39,252 bases of DNA, from assembly GCA_030604085.1 (NCBI GenBank), contig JAUVWP010000003.1:1-39252 (forward strand), read 5' to 3'. Below, piece after piece: positions 8,730 through 17,603 of the stretch. The first letter of the stretch is position 1. Each line of letters begins with the position of its first letter. The position numbers and the translations under genes are program-made. Below the pieces are notes generated by a model that was given only the letters and a program-made list of their open reading frames with translations, was not told where the DNA came from and searched no databases. Origin of the DNA: Methanosarcinales archaeon (GTDB taxonomy: Archaea; Halobacteriota; Methanosarcinia; Methanosarcinales; Methanogasteraceae).

Positions 8730-9620
8730 ATGAACACATATTACACATCTGAAGAGATCGAGAAGTATCGGCAGGCGGGAAAGATCCTTGCAGAGGTGCG
8801 GGAGCAGACCGCAAAGAGAATAACAGTCGGAGCGAGCATCCTTGAGACCGCGGTCTTTTCAGAGAATCTGATACGCGATCTCGGCGGACAGCCCGCATTC
8901 CCGTGCAACCTTTCGCTAAACGAGGATGCTGCGCACTATACGCCCGGCGCAGACGATACAGCGGTATTCGGCGAAGATATGGTAAAACTCGACATCGGGG
9001 TCCACGTCGATGGATATATCGCGGATGCTGCCATGACCGTCGATCTTTCAGATCATCCTGAACTCGTGGACGCGTCGAGGGCAGCGCTTGAGAGCGCTAT
9101 CGGCGTGATTCACGCCGGCATCGACACAAGGGAGATTGGGGCGGCAATCGAGGAGACGATTGGTGAGTTCGGATACAGACCGATCTCAAACCTCACAGGA
9201 CACGGACTCGCACAATACCAGGCACATGCCCAACCAAGCATCCCGAACGTACATGCACGCACCGGAACCGTGCTTTACGATGGGCAGGTGGTCGCAATCG
9301 AGCCGTTCGCTACTGAGGGGGAAGGAAAGGTCAGGGATGCGACGAGATGGGAGATTTACCACGTGACGACAGAAAAACCCACGCTTTCGCGCATTCCAAG
9401 AGAAAGAGCACTGCTAAAGGAGATGATGGAGTATAAAAACCTCCCGTTTGCGAGAAGATGGTTTTCCGGAGCGAAGATCGACCTCACATTCAGGCAACTG
9501 ACAAAAGCAGGACTTATCAAACCTTATCCCATCCTGCGGGAGGTCACCGGTGCGCTCGTGTCTCAGGCAGAGCATACCGTGATCGTCACCGAGAATGGCT
9601 GTGAGGTTACAACTGCATGA
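8730..9620 (+). CDS. map: Methionine aminopeptidase type II
   Basis: [53 protein letters not shown]. Confidence 0.97.
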   Translation: MNTYYTSEEIEKYRQAGKILAEVREQTAKRITVGASILETAVFSENLIRDLGGQPAFPCNLSLNEDAAHYTPGADDTAVFGEDMVKLDIGVHVDGYIADAAMTVDLSDHPELVDASRAALESAIGVIHAGIDTREIGAAIEETIGEFGYRPISNLTGHGLAQYQAHAQPSIPNVHARTGTVLYDGQVVAIEPFATEGEGKVRDATRWEIYHVTTEKPTLSRIPRERALLKEMMEYKNLPFARRWFSGAKIDLTFRQLTKAGLIKPYPILREVTGALVSQAEHTVIVTENGCEVTTA

Positions 9621-10531
9621 TGCATCTCATCTCCGTATCAGACCTGACGCACGAGGAGATATATGAGCTCCTCGATCTGGCTGCCCGGATAAAAGAGAGA
9701 CGCGGCCATTACACGGATGCGCTCAAAGACATGAGTCTTGCCATGATATTTGAAAAGCCGTCCACGCGCACGAGGGTTTCATTTGAGGTTGCGATGACCG
9801 AATTCGGAGGACACGCGCTCTACTTGAATTACGCCGATCTCCAGCTCGGACGGAGCGAGACGATCTGCGATACCGCAAGCGTGCTCTCCAGATACGTCCA
9901 TGTGATCATGGCGCGGGTTTATCGCCACGAGACCGTACGTGAACTTGCGAGATGCGCAGATATCCCTGTGATCAATGCGCTCTCTGATATGGAGCATCCG
10001 TGCTAGTTGCTTGCAGATCTGCTGACCATCCGGGAACGAAAAGGCGATCTTAAGGATCTGCGCATCGCGTGGATCGGGGACGGGAACAACGTCTGCAACT
10101 CACTGATACTTGGAAGTGCAATAACCGGCATGAACCTCTCGGTAGCGTGCCCTGCCGGATATGAGCCGGATGCGGGGATGGTGGCTAATGCTAACGAACT
10201 CGGAAGCGGCGTCTTGATTACAAACGACCCGATCGAGGCAGCATCCGGCGCTGATGTCCTCTACACCGATGTATGGGTATCGATGGGGGATGAGAAGGAA
10301 GAAGAGAAGCGCCTCCGGGATTTTTCCGGTTTCCAGATCAACAACGATCTTTTGAGTCATGCAAAATCCGATTGTATCGTGCTTCACTGCCTACTAGCGC
10401 ATCGCGGTCAGGAAATCTCTGCCGAGGTGTTGGATGGCGAGCATTCGGTTGTGATGGATCAGGCAGAGAACCGACTGCACGCGCAAAAAGCGCTACTGAT
10501 GACGGTGATCCCGCGCCAGTGCGATGGGTAA
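9617..10531 (+). CDS. argF: Ornithine carbamoyltransferase, interrupted by an in-frame TAG at 10004-10006
   Basis: [24 protein letters not shown] (canonical HPCQ), [25 protein letters not shown] (canonical HCLPAHRG), DQAENRLH. ORFs 9617-10006 and 10007-10531 are in the same frame. Confidence 0.92.
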
Positions 10532-10542
10532 CCCCACGCACA

Positions 10543-10556
10543 CCAAAGGTTTATAT
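10543..10556 (+). promoter_or_regulatory. BRE/TATA promoter of the tRNA gene
   Basis: CCAAAGGTTTATAT about 30 nt upstream of the tRNA 5' end. Confidence 0.65.
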
Positions 10557-10586
10557 CCTGCATGACCCAACAGATCACGTCCAGAC

Positions 10587-10660
10587 GGGCTCGTAGCTCA
10601 GCCAGGCAGAGCGGTGGGCTCTTAACCCATTCGCCAAGGGTTCGAATCCCTTCGAGCCCG
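10587..10660 (+). tRNA. tRNA-Lys (anticodon CTT)
   Basis: Acceptor stem GGGCTCG/CGAGCCC+G; D arm TAGCTCAGCCAGGCAGAGC; anticodon arm GTGGG-CTCTTAA-CCCAT; T arm AAGGGTTCGAATCCCTT; no encoded CCA and no intron. Confidence 0.96.
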
Positions 10661-10674
10661 TTTGCAACCCAAGG

Positions 10675-10995
10675 GTGGCAAACGTGGTAACGATCACCAA
10701 GTCCGCAGTAGATGAACTGAAAACCATTCTCAAAGCCGAAGCCAGCCCAGAACATGCCGATTGCGGTCTGCGAATATATGTGGTTGGAGTGGGCGATCAT
10801 GGCATAACTTATGGTCTTGAACTGGACAGTGCCCGAAACGGCAGTGACATTGTGCTCGATCTCGGCGGGATCAGGACGCTCATCGACGAGAAGATCGCGC
10901 CATCGATGCAGAACATCGTGATCGATTTTACGGATACCTGCGATGGGCGTGGATTCGTGATCAATAATCCATACATGTGCTGTGGTTGCAGGTGA
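10675..10995 (+). CDS. HesB/IscA-family Fe-S assembly accessory protein
   Basis: VTITKSAVDELK, GLRIYV, YGLELD, IDF...GFVINNP, C-terminal CCGC; GTG start. Confidence 0.8.
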   Translation: MANVVTITKSAVDELKTILKAEASPEHADCGLRIYVVGVGDHGITYGLELDSARNGSDIVLDLGGIRTLIDEKIAPSMQNIVIDFTDTCDGRGFVINNPYMCCGCR

Positions 10996-11063
10996 CGTTC
11001 CTGGCAGACATACTTTTATAGATCGCCATAACCCTATCAGAATACAGAATATGAGGAATCATA

Positions 11064-12065
11064 ATGATGAAGAAAATATTATTGATATGCATCCTACTGC
11101 TTTCCTTTGCACCCAATGCAGTCGGTTCTCCACAGTATGCGATGCAGGGTGTGACCATACCAATGAATCTCCTCGAACTGAACTACAATATCGGCGATGA
11201 TGCAGCGACAATAACCGAAACGATCGTATTCAGAAACAACGGGGATACAAACTACTCAGGGGATCTGCACATCACGATTCCCGGGAATGCACAGATCATG
11301 CAGGTTCGGAAGATGGGACATGCAGCCAATGCCACGCCGACCTCGATCCCGCATGAGTTGGATGGAGAAATCCTGCGCTGGGGTGCAGCGATTGATCCGG
11401 GGGACATGGCGATGTACTCGGTGATGTATGCCGTACCAATCGCCGAATCAGGCGAGTTTGTAAAGAATCTCGATCCGGCAGTCGTGAACTATCCGATCGG
11501 CGCATTCAGATTGAAAGTCAATACGGATGCCAGCGTCAAATTCACGGATGGTGCCAAGAATGCGATAAAACCCGATGAAACAAGTCAGGAAGAGGATGGT
11601 AGCATGCTCTATGCATGGTCAGGACCTTTAGCGTTTAAGGAGTTGCATGTGAATACATCACAGCCACAGCCATCCAGTATGGATAAATGGATTGTATACG
11701 GCATCATTGCGGTGCTAATCATCGCTGCGCTGAGCTATCCGATAATCCATGTTAGGAATAACAAACTGCGTGCGAAGGAAGGCGGAAATAAATTATCATG
11801 CGCGTCCTGCACTGTTTGCAGCGGGGACGATGAGAATGATAAAGAGCCGAGAGGGGGCGACTGGGATGAGATGGATGAGATCCTCACGGAGGTCTCCCAG
11901 ACTGAAGAGGATCTGATACGGAAGAAGAGGGCGATCCTTGCCGTGCTTAATAAACTGGAAGAGGATCGTGAAACTGGCGCGGTTTCAGATGCGTATTACA
12001 AGCGGCTATCATCGAAATATGAGAAGCAGGCAATCGAGATAATGAAACAACTGGACCGGATGTGA
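11064..12065 (+). CDS. Hypothetical single-pass membrane protein
   Basis: 333-aa ORF: signal peptide, beta-rich ectodomain, one TM (WIVYGIIAVLIIAALSYP), CASCTVC, and a helical C-terminus (LEEDRETGAVSDAYY). Confidence 0.7.
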   Translation: MMKKILLICILLLSFAPNAVGSPQYAMQGVTIPMNLLELNYNIGDDAATITETIVFRNNGDTNYSGDLHITIPGNAQIMQVRKMGHAANATPTSIPHELDGEILRWGAAIDPGDMAMYSVMYAVPIAESGEFVKNLDPAVVNYPIGAFRLKVNTDASVKFTDGAKNAIKPDETSQEEDGSMLYAWSGPLAFKELHVNTSQPQPSSMDKWIVYGIIAVLIIAALSYPIIHVRNNKLRAKEGGNKLSCASCTVCSGDDENDKEPRGGDWDEMDEILTEVSQTEEDLIRKKRAILAVLNKLEEDRETGAVSDAYYKRLSSKYEKQAIEIMKQLDRM

Positions 12066-12066
12066 G

Positions 12067-12672
12067 ATGAGAACCGGAATCATCCTCTGTGGCGGCAGAA
12101 GCAGACGTTTCGGGAAGGATAAGGCACTGCTGACAATCGATGGGGTGCCGATGGTTCGAAGGATGGCTGGTCGCATCTCACAGGTCGTGGATGATGTCAT
12201 CATCGCTGCACGGGACTCTGCATAGTGCGAATCGCTTGCAGCAATTTCAGCGGTTCCCGACGATGCAGAGGTTGTATGTGATCCGGTCAAAGGATACGGT
12301 CCCGTCGCAGGCATTCTCGCTGGATTGAGCGCATCGAAATCAGAGTATTCGATCTGTCTCGCATGTGATCTGCCTTACGTCAATCCGGATGTTATCGATG
12401 CGCTCTTTGGATGCGCAGAGGAGAATAATAGCGATGCTGCAATCCCGAAGCATCCGAATGGGATACTTGAACCGCTCCATGCCATCTACGGCAGGTCGAT
12501 GGCAGATGCGTGTCGCGATGCTATGGGGACGGGGGAGCACACCATCCGCGGAGCGATATCATTGCTGGATGATGTTCTTTTTGTGTCGGTAGAATCGCTC
12601 CGCAGGTTCGATCCTGATCTGCGTACGTTTCTGAACGTGAATTATCCGGAGGATCTTGGGGTGATGGCATGA
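12067..12672 (+). CDS. mobA: Molybdenum cofactor guanylyltransferase, interrupted by an in-frame TAG at 12223-12225
   Basis: Manual translation: [22 protein letters not shown]...ARDSA*CESL...[10 protein letters not shown]...LACDLPYV...LEPLHAIY...[10 protein letters not shown]. The ORF track shows only the part after 12325. Confidence 0.9.
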
Positions 12673-13751
12673 GAGAGAACCACATCGCAGAGAAGACACT
12701 GCTCGAGATGATCGAGGACCTCTACGACCAGTTCGAGAACGGAACGATCCCGAACATCAAGATATCTACGAGAACAAAGAAGAACATCGAGTACAACGAG
12801 GATAGTGAGGTCTGGGTATATGGCGATCAAACCAGCGTGCGAAGTGCAAAGACTGTAAAGGGCGCGTATCATCTCTTGAAGATGGCATATTCGATAGAAC
12901 TCCTCGTAAACGAGCATTTGAGGAACAACCGCGGATCCACGCTGCGAGAACTCTACTACATATCAGAGAACTGGGATATTGCAAAGTTTAAGCAGCAGTC
13001 AGAGAGCGATCGGCTGATCGAGGATCTCGAGATCATCACTGCGCTCCAGCGGGAGGATTTCCATATCCGGCCCGAGGAGGATGGGGCAACGATCTTCGGA
13101 CCCGTATCCCTACTCGAAGAGACAAAAAGGGGCGAGCGTCTCATCCACTGCCGGGAGGATGTTGGCGAGAGCGGATACCAGATACCGTTTAACGTGGACA
13201 ACGTCAGATTCAAGGATCACGATGCGAAACTCGTTGTTGCGATCGAGACCGGCGGTATGTATGCCAGGTTGATCGAGAACGGGTTTGATGAGGAGTATGA
13301 TGCGATTCTAGTGCACCTGAAGGGTCAGCCAGCACGCAGCACCCGCCGCATGGTAAAACGCATGAGCGAGGAGTTATCACTCCCTGTCGTCGTCTTCACG
13401 GACGGCGATCCATGGAGTTACCGGATCTATGCAAGCGTTGCTTACGGATCGATCAAGAGTGCGCACCTTTCTGAGTATCTTGCGGCACCGAAGGCATTCT
13501 TTCTTGGCGTGCAGCCGTCAGACATCGTAGAGTACTCACTTTCCACGGACAAGTTGACAGATCAGGATATCGCCGCTCTGAAGAGCGAACTCACCGATCC
13601 GAGATTCGATACCGAGTACTGGAAGGAACAGATCAATCTCCAGCTCAAACTCGGGAAGAAATCCGAGCAGCAGGCGTTTGCCGGGAAGGGTCTGGATTTC
13701 GTGACTGACACATATCTGCCAACCCGCCTCTCAGAGATGGGGGTCGTATAA
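12669..13751 (+). CDS. top6A: DNA topoisomerase VI subunit A
   Basis: STLRELYY (catalytic Tyr), [29 protein letters not shown] (TOPRIM), KKSEQQA. Confidence 0.96.
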   Translation: MRENHIAEKTLLEMIEDLYDQFENGTIPNIKISTRTKKNIEYNEDSEVWVYGDQTSVRSAKTVKGAYHLLKMAYSIELLVNEHLRNNRGSTLRELYYISENWDIAKFKQQSESDRLIEDLEIITALQREDFHIRPEEDGATIFGPVSLLEETKRGERLIHCREDVGESGYQIPFNVDNVRFKDHDAKLVVAIETGGMYARLIENGFDEEYDAILVHLKGQPARSTRRMVKRMSEELSLPVVVFTDGDPWSYRIYASVAYGSIKSAHLSEYLAAPKAFFLGVQPSDIVEYSLSTDKLTDQDIAALKSELTDPRFDTEYWKEQINLQLKLGKKSEQQAFAGKGLDFVTDTYLPTRLSEMGVV

Positions 13752-14567
13752 GTGGGCAACTTCCTCTTTGCTGCCCGGTCGTGCCTCGGATTCCTGACCA
13801 CGATTCCTGTTGGCATCAGCATGGAAGGGCTTGCTGCTCTCGGTAAGCGCCTGTATCTCTTTCCGGTGATCGGCGCGGTCATCGGGCTTCTGATAGGCGG
13901 GATCGGCTATCTCTTCGGATCAGTTCTGCCGCCAGAGGCAGCTTCGGTCATGATCGTAGCCTCGCTCTATTATCTCACAGGCATCAACCACCTCGACGGG
14001 CTTTCTGACTTTGGCGACGGGTTCGTTGCACACGGTTCACGCGAAAAAAAGATCGGTGCGATGCGCGACGTCTCGCTTGGTATCGGAGGGGTTGTCTTCT
14101 GTGTGATCGCGGTTCTCGGATTGTTCGCAGCGATGAGCGGGATACTGGGGCGCGATGCGGTCGGTGTCGGCTATCAGTTTCTTGCGGTCATGATCGCTGC
14201 CGAGGTGAGCGCAAAGCAGGCGATGCTCACGATCTCGGCGTTCGGAAGAAGCATCCACCCGGGACTTGGATCGATCATGATCGATGAGACCGGATTTCGT
14301 GAGTTCGCAATCGGGCTTGTCTTTTCGGCTGCGGTCTGCGTGCTTGTCTTCGCGGTTGTGGGCGGGGGTATGTATGTTGGCCCGGGTGCAGGCGCAGGTC
14401 TGCCCTTGCTCGGTATTGCGATGCTCGGCAGCGCAATCGCATTGTCGCTCGTCGTTCTCCGAATCGCAAACCGCAACTTCGGCGGCATCAGCGGCGATGT
14501 GATAGGGGCTACGAATGAGATTGCACGGCTTGGTGCGCTGCTGGTGGCTGTGGTGTGGGTGATGTAG
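13752..14567 (+). CDS. cobS: Adenosylcobinamide-GDP ribazoletransferase (cobalamin synthase)
   Basis: GFLTTIP, FPVIG, TGINHLDGLSDFGDG, MRDVSLG, FGGISGDVIGA. Confidence 0.95.
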   Translation: MGNFLFAARSCLGFLTTIPVGISMEGLAALGKRLYLFPVIGAVIGLLIGGIGYLFGSVLPPEAASVMIVASLYYLTGINHLDGLSDFGDGFVAHGSREKKIGAMRDVSLGIGGVVFCVIAVLGLFAAMSGILGRDAVGVGYQFLAVMIAAEVSAKQAMLTISAFGRSIHPGLGSIMIDETGFREFAIGLVFSAAVCVLVFAVVGGGMYVGPGAGAGLPLLGIAMLGSAIALSLVVLRIANRNFGGISGDVIGATNEIARLGALLVAVVWVM

Positions 14568-14684
14568 CGCTATAGCTATATGCAAACCCTGTACCGGTGT
14601 GTATGATACTAGGCGGTCGAATAATACGCCCAAAGCCGTCACACACCAAACCTTTATAGGTATGTCGCAGCATACGAAACTCTG

Positions 14685-15656
14685 ATGAACAAGGAGGCGC
14701 TAACACTCCAGGTTATCGAGATCCTGAGCAAAGCCGGGTTTACGCTCTCGGATCGGTGTAATATCCGACCTCGAAGTTTCGATCTGGCTGCGCGGCGCTG
14801 CAACATCCTGCTGCTACTCCGCGTACTCTCGAACATCGATGGGTTGAGTGCCGAGACTGCACGGGAGATGCGGCACCTCTCCGGTTTTCTGGATGGGAGC
14901 CCGCTGGTCATAGGGAGTAAGTCGCGCGATCAGACGCTTGCGGATGGTGTGACATATTTCAGATACGGCATCCCATCGATCAATCCTGGCACGCTGCGCG
15001 ATTGCTTTATAGAGGGCGTGCCCCCGCTGGTTCATGCCGCACCGGGCGGACTCTACATTAAGATCGATAGCGAACGCCTGAAAAGCATCCGCACCGCTAA
15101 TAATATCTCGCTTGGGGAACTCGCAGCCGAACTTGGGATATCGCGGAGAACGGTCAGCAAGTACGAGGAAGGAGGGACGGATGCATCGATCGATGTGGTG
15201 CTCCGTCTCGAAGAGATCCTCGATGCCGAACTGGTCTGCCCGATCAAGCTACTCTCGACAGAAAGGGACCTAACCAAACAGGATCCTGTGCCGGAACCGT
15301 CAGAACAGTCCGAACCGAATGAAGTTTCGTTGCTGCTCACACCGCTTGGATTTTTCGTATTTCCTGCGAAACAGGCGCCGTTCAATGCCATATCCAACGA
15401 TAGCAGCGATAACAACACTATGCTGACCGGGTTTAGCACGTACAACCGGACGATGGTGAGAAATGCCCGCTTGATGAGCAGCATCTCATCCGTTGCAGGA
15501 ACTAAATCCGTGTACATTGTGAAAGGGGTGTGCAGACATACGCAGATCGATGGAACTGTACTGATCGAAGAGAGCGAATTCAAAAGAATCGATGACCTTG
15601 ATGATGTCATGCGACTCATTCAGGAGAGAAATGTCGATAAAGGAGATACAACATGA
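14685..15656 (+). CDS. Conserved archaeal HTH (Cro/C1) transcriptional regulator
   Basis: RPRSFDLAARR, VLSNIDGL, PGGLYIKID, SLGELAAELGISRRTVSKYEEG, APFNA; CCAAACCTTTATA promoter at about 14646-14658. Confidence 0.88.
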   Translation: MNKEALTLQVIEILSKAGFTLSDRCNIRPRSFDLAARRCNILLLLRVLSNIDGLSAETAREMRHLSGFLDGSPLVIGSKSRDQTLADGVTYFRYGIPSINPGTLRDCFIEGVPPLVHAAPGGLYIKIDSERLKSIRTANNISLGELAAELGISRRTVSKYEEGGTDASIDVVLRLEEILDAELVCPIKLLSTERDLTKQDPVPEPSEQSEPNEVSLLLTPLGFFVFPAKQAPFNAISNDSSDNNTMLTGFSTYNRTMVRNARLMSSISSVAGTKSVYIVKGVCRHTQIDGTVLIEESEFKRIDDLDDVMRLIQERNVDKGDTT

Positions 15657-16255
15657 AAGCAATCAAGATAATAATGATAATCCTTCTGGCAGTTGCCGCG
15701 TGTGCGTGCATCGTGCCAGACGAGCCGGAGATACCGACACCAACACCGACCCCCGACCAGACGCCAATAATACCGCAAGGCATCGCAGGCATGATTCCCG
15801 CGGAGAATCTCCCGAGGACGTTTAAACTGATAGCACTGGTCGATGAAAACACGACAGGGTCGATGAACATAACCGAGGAAGCACTGTCAATGATCGTTGG
15901 AAACCTAAGCGTCGGAGAGATTAAGGCAGTTCAGGGAGTCTACGACTTTGAAGCTAAGACATATTCAGTCTCTGTAACCGTCATCGAGTGCACCGATTCG
16001 GTGAATGCCGCAAATGCTGTCGAGAACTACAAGAACAATCCAGATTTCGAGAACCCCCCGTCACTGACGGTCTCTCGATTCGGGAAGGTGACGTTCAACG
16101 AGCACGAGGCGACCGAAGTTCGGAGGAAACCACTTGGAAGCGATGGCATAAGATATGGCTATATCTGGTCAAACGGCAACTTCGTCTTCATCGTTGAGCC
16201 CGGGACTGACAACAGACTGGAGAGCATGGAACTGGCTCAAATGACCCTATCCTAA
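15653..16255 (+). CDS. Hypothetical lipoprotein
   Basis: Hydrophobic leader ending AACAC; Pro/Thr linker (PTPTPTP); operonic overlap with the upstream gene. Confidence 0.7.
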   Translation: MKAIKIIMIILLAVAACACIVPDEPEIPTPTPTPDQTPIIPQGIAGMIPAENLPRTFKLIALVDENTTGSMNITEEALSMIVGNLSVGEIKAVQGVYDFEAKTYSVSVTVIECTDSVNAANAVENYKNNPDFENPPSLTVSRFGKVTFNEHEATEVRRKPLGSDGIRYGYIWSNGNFVFIVEPGTDNRLESMELAQMTLS

Positions 16256-16268
16256 AACAGGAGGCTAC

Positions 16269-17264
16269 ATGAAGAAAACTATAGTAATACTGAAGGTACT
16301 ACTGCTTGCAGCGTTTTCCGGATGCGTCGAAAGTCCGGAAGATGACGAGGCAGAAGAAGCAACAATGACACATCTCCGCATCGGATACCAGCCAAGCACC
16401 CATCAGATCGCACACATGGTTGCGATGGATAAGGGCTGGTGGGAAGAGGATCTCGCAGAGTTCGGGATCACGAAAGTTTCTGATAGCGAGTTCCCATCGG
16501 GTCCGCCAGAGATGGTTGCCATGATGGGCGGTCACCTCGATATCGCGTACGTTGGCGCTGCGCCGCCGATCACTGCGATCGCGCAAGGGCTCGATGCGAA
16601 GATCGTTGCTGCTGTGCAGACCCAAGGATCCGATCTCGTGCTCAGGCCAGAGATCAACTACACCTCACCATCCGACCTTCGCGGGCTTACGATCGCAACG
16701 TTCCCGCCGGGCTCGATTCAGGACACAGTATTCAGGAAATTCCTGATGGATAACAACATCAGCACCGATGATGTTGTGATCAAGGAGATGGGACCTGGTG
16801 ACGCGATGGCTGCGATCACAGCAGGGGCAGTGGATGGTGTCTTCCTGCCGCATCCGGGTCCGGCAGTGATCGAGATGGAGGGTAACGGCAGAAGCGTTGT
16901 CGGTTCAGGCGAGATGTGGCAGGATCATGCATGCTGCTGCCTGCTCGTAAGCGGTGAACTGATCAGGAAACACCCGGAGATGGTCAAGCAGATCATCAGG
17001 ACGCACATCAAGGCGACCGAGTATCTCAAAGGGAACCAGGACGAGGCAGCCGGGATATTCGCAAATAAGACAGGATATGATCTCGACAAGGTCAAGTATT
17101 CCTTCGAAACGTGGGACGGTGAATGGATCAGCGATCCACACCTCGAGATTAACAGCACCCTCAAATTTGCGAAGGTTCACTACGATCTCGGAAATATCGA
17201 CACAACGCTTACAGAGGAGGATCTCTTTGATACAAGGTTCTATGATGCGGTGACAGGGGAGTAA
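16269..17264 (+). CDS. ABC transporter substrate-binding lipoprotein, NitT/TauT (SsuA-like) family
   Basis: Lipobox FSGC; LRIGYQPSTHQ, FPSGP, LDIAYVGAAPP, GSIQD, HACC; GGAGG ribosome site. Confidence 0.9.
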   Translation: MKKTIVILKVLLLAAFSGCVESPEDDEAEEATMTHLRIGYQPSTHQIAHMVAMDKGWWEEDLAEFGITKVSDSEFPSGPPEMVAMMGGHLDIAYVGAAPPITAIAQGLDAKIVAAVQTQGSDLVLRPEINYTSPSDLRGLTIATFPPGSIQDTVFRKFLMDNNISTDDVVIKEMGPGDAMAAITAGAVDGVFLPHPGPAVIEMEGNGRSVVGSGEMWQDHACCCLLVSGELIRKHPEMVKQIIRTHIKATEYLKGNQDEAAGIFANKTGYDLDKVKYSFETWDGEWISDPHLEINSTLKFAKVHYDLGNIDTTLTEEDLFDTRFYDAVTGE

Positions 17265-17284
17265 TCCCCTTTTTGTTTCTTTTT
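17255..17284 (+). terminator. Hairpin plus T-tract terminator
   Basis: AGGGGA-GTAA-TCCCCT followed by ttttgtttcttttt. Confidence 0.65.
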
Positions 17285-17390
17285 AGCGCTATCGAATATA
17301 TCTGGTACTGTTCTAACATACGGTAGTTTGCCACAGTGGGTGCTATAATCGAATATGCTCAATAGCATCGGGCTGCATACCCCCCGGGTC

Positions 17391-17476
17391 TCACCACAGA
17401 GGCCGCGGAGAACGCGGAGTTTTTCACTCCGCTCCCTCTACATGCTGCCGGCTTTGCTAACGCATTCCGCGGTTAA
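17391..17476. repeat. Dispersed palindromic (REP-like) element, copy A
   Basis: ACCACAGAGgcCGCGGAGaaCGCGGAG...CTCCGCtcCCTCTACA-TGCTGCC...TTCCGCGGTTAA; related to 24891-24982. Confidence 0.6.
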
Positions 17477-17603
17477 ATCCCCTACATTGGTCCTCGTGAT
17501 TTTAACCACGCTGTATCGAGCGCGTATACCTGATTTGGGACACTACCCAAAAATCTTATATGTTCCGGAACCCATTGCAAAGGACAGGGAGTAATACGGG
17601 AGA

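Noticed and set aside
10587-10660. tRNA as amber suppressor or tRNA-Pyl
   Set aside because: The anticodon at 10621-10623 is CTT, and the D and T arms are canonical.
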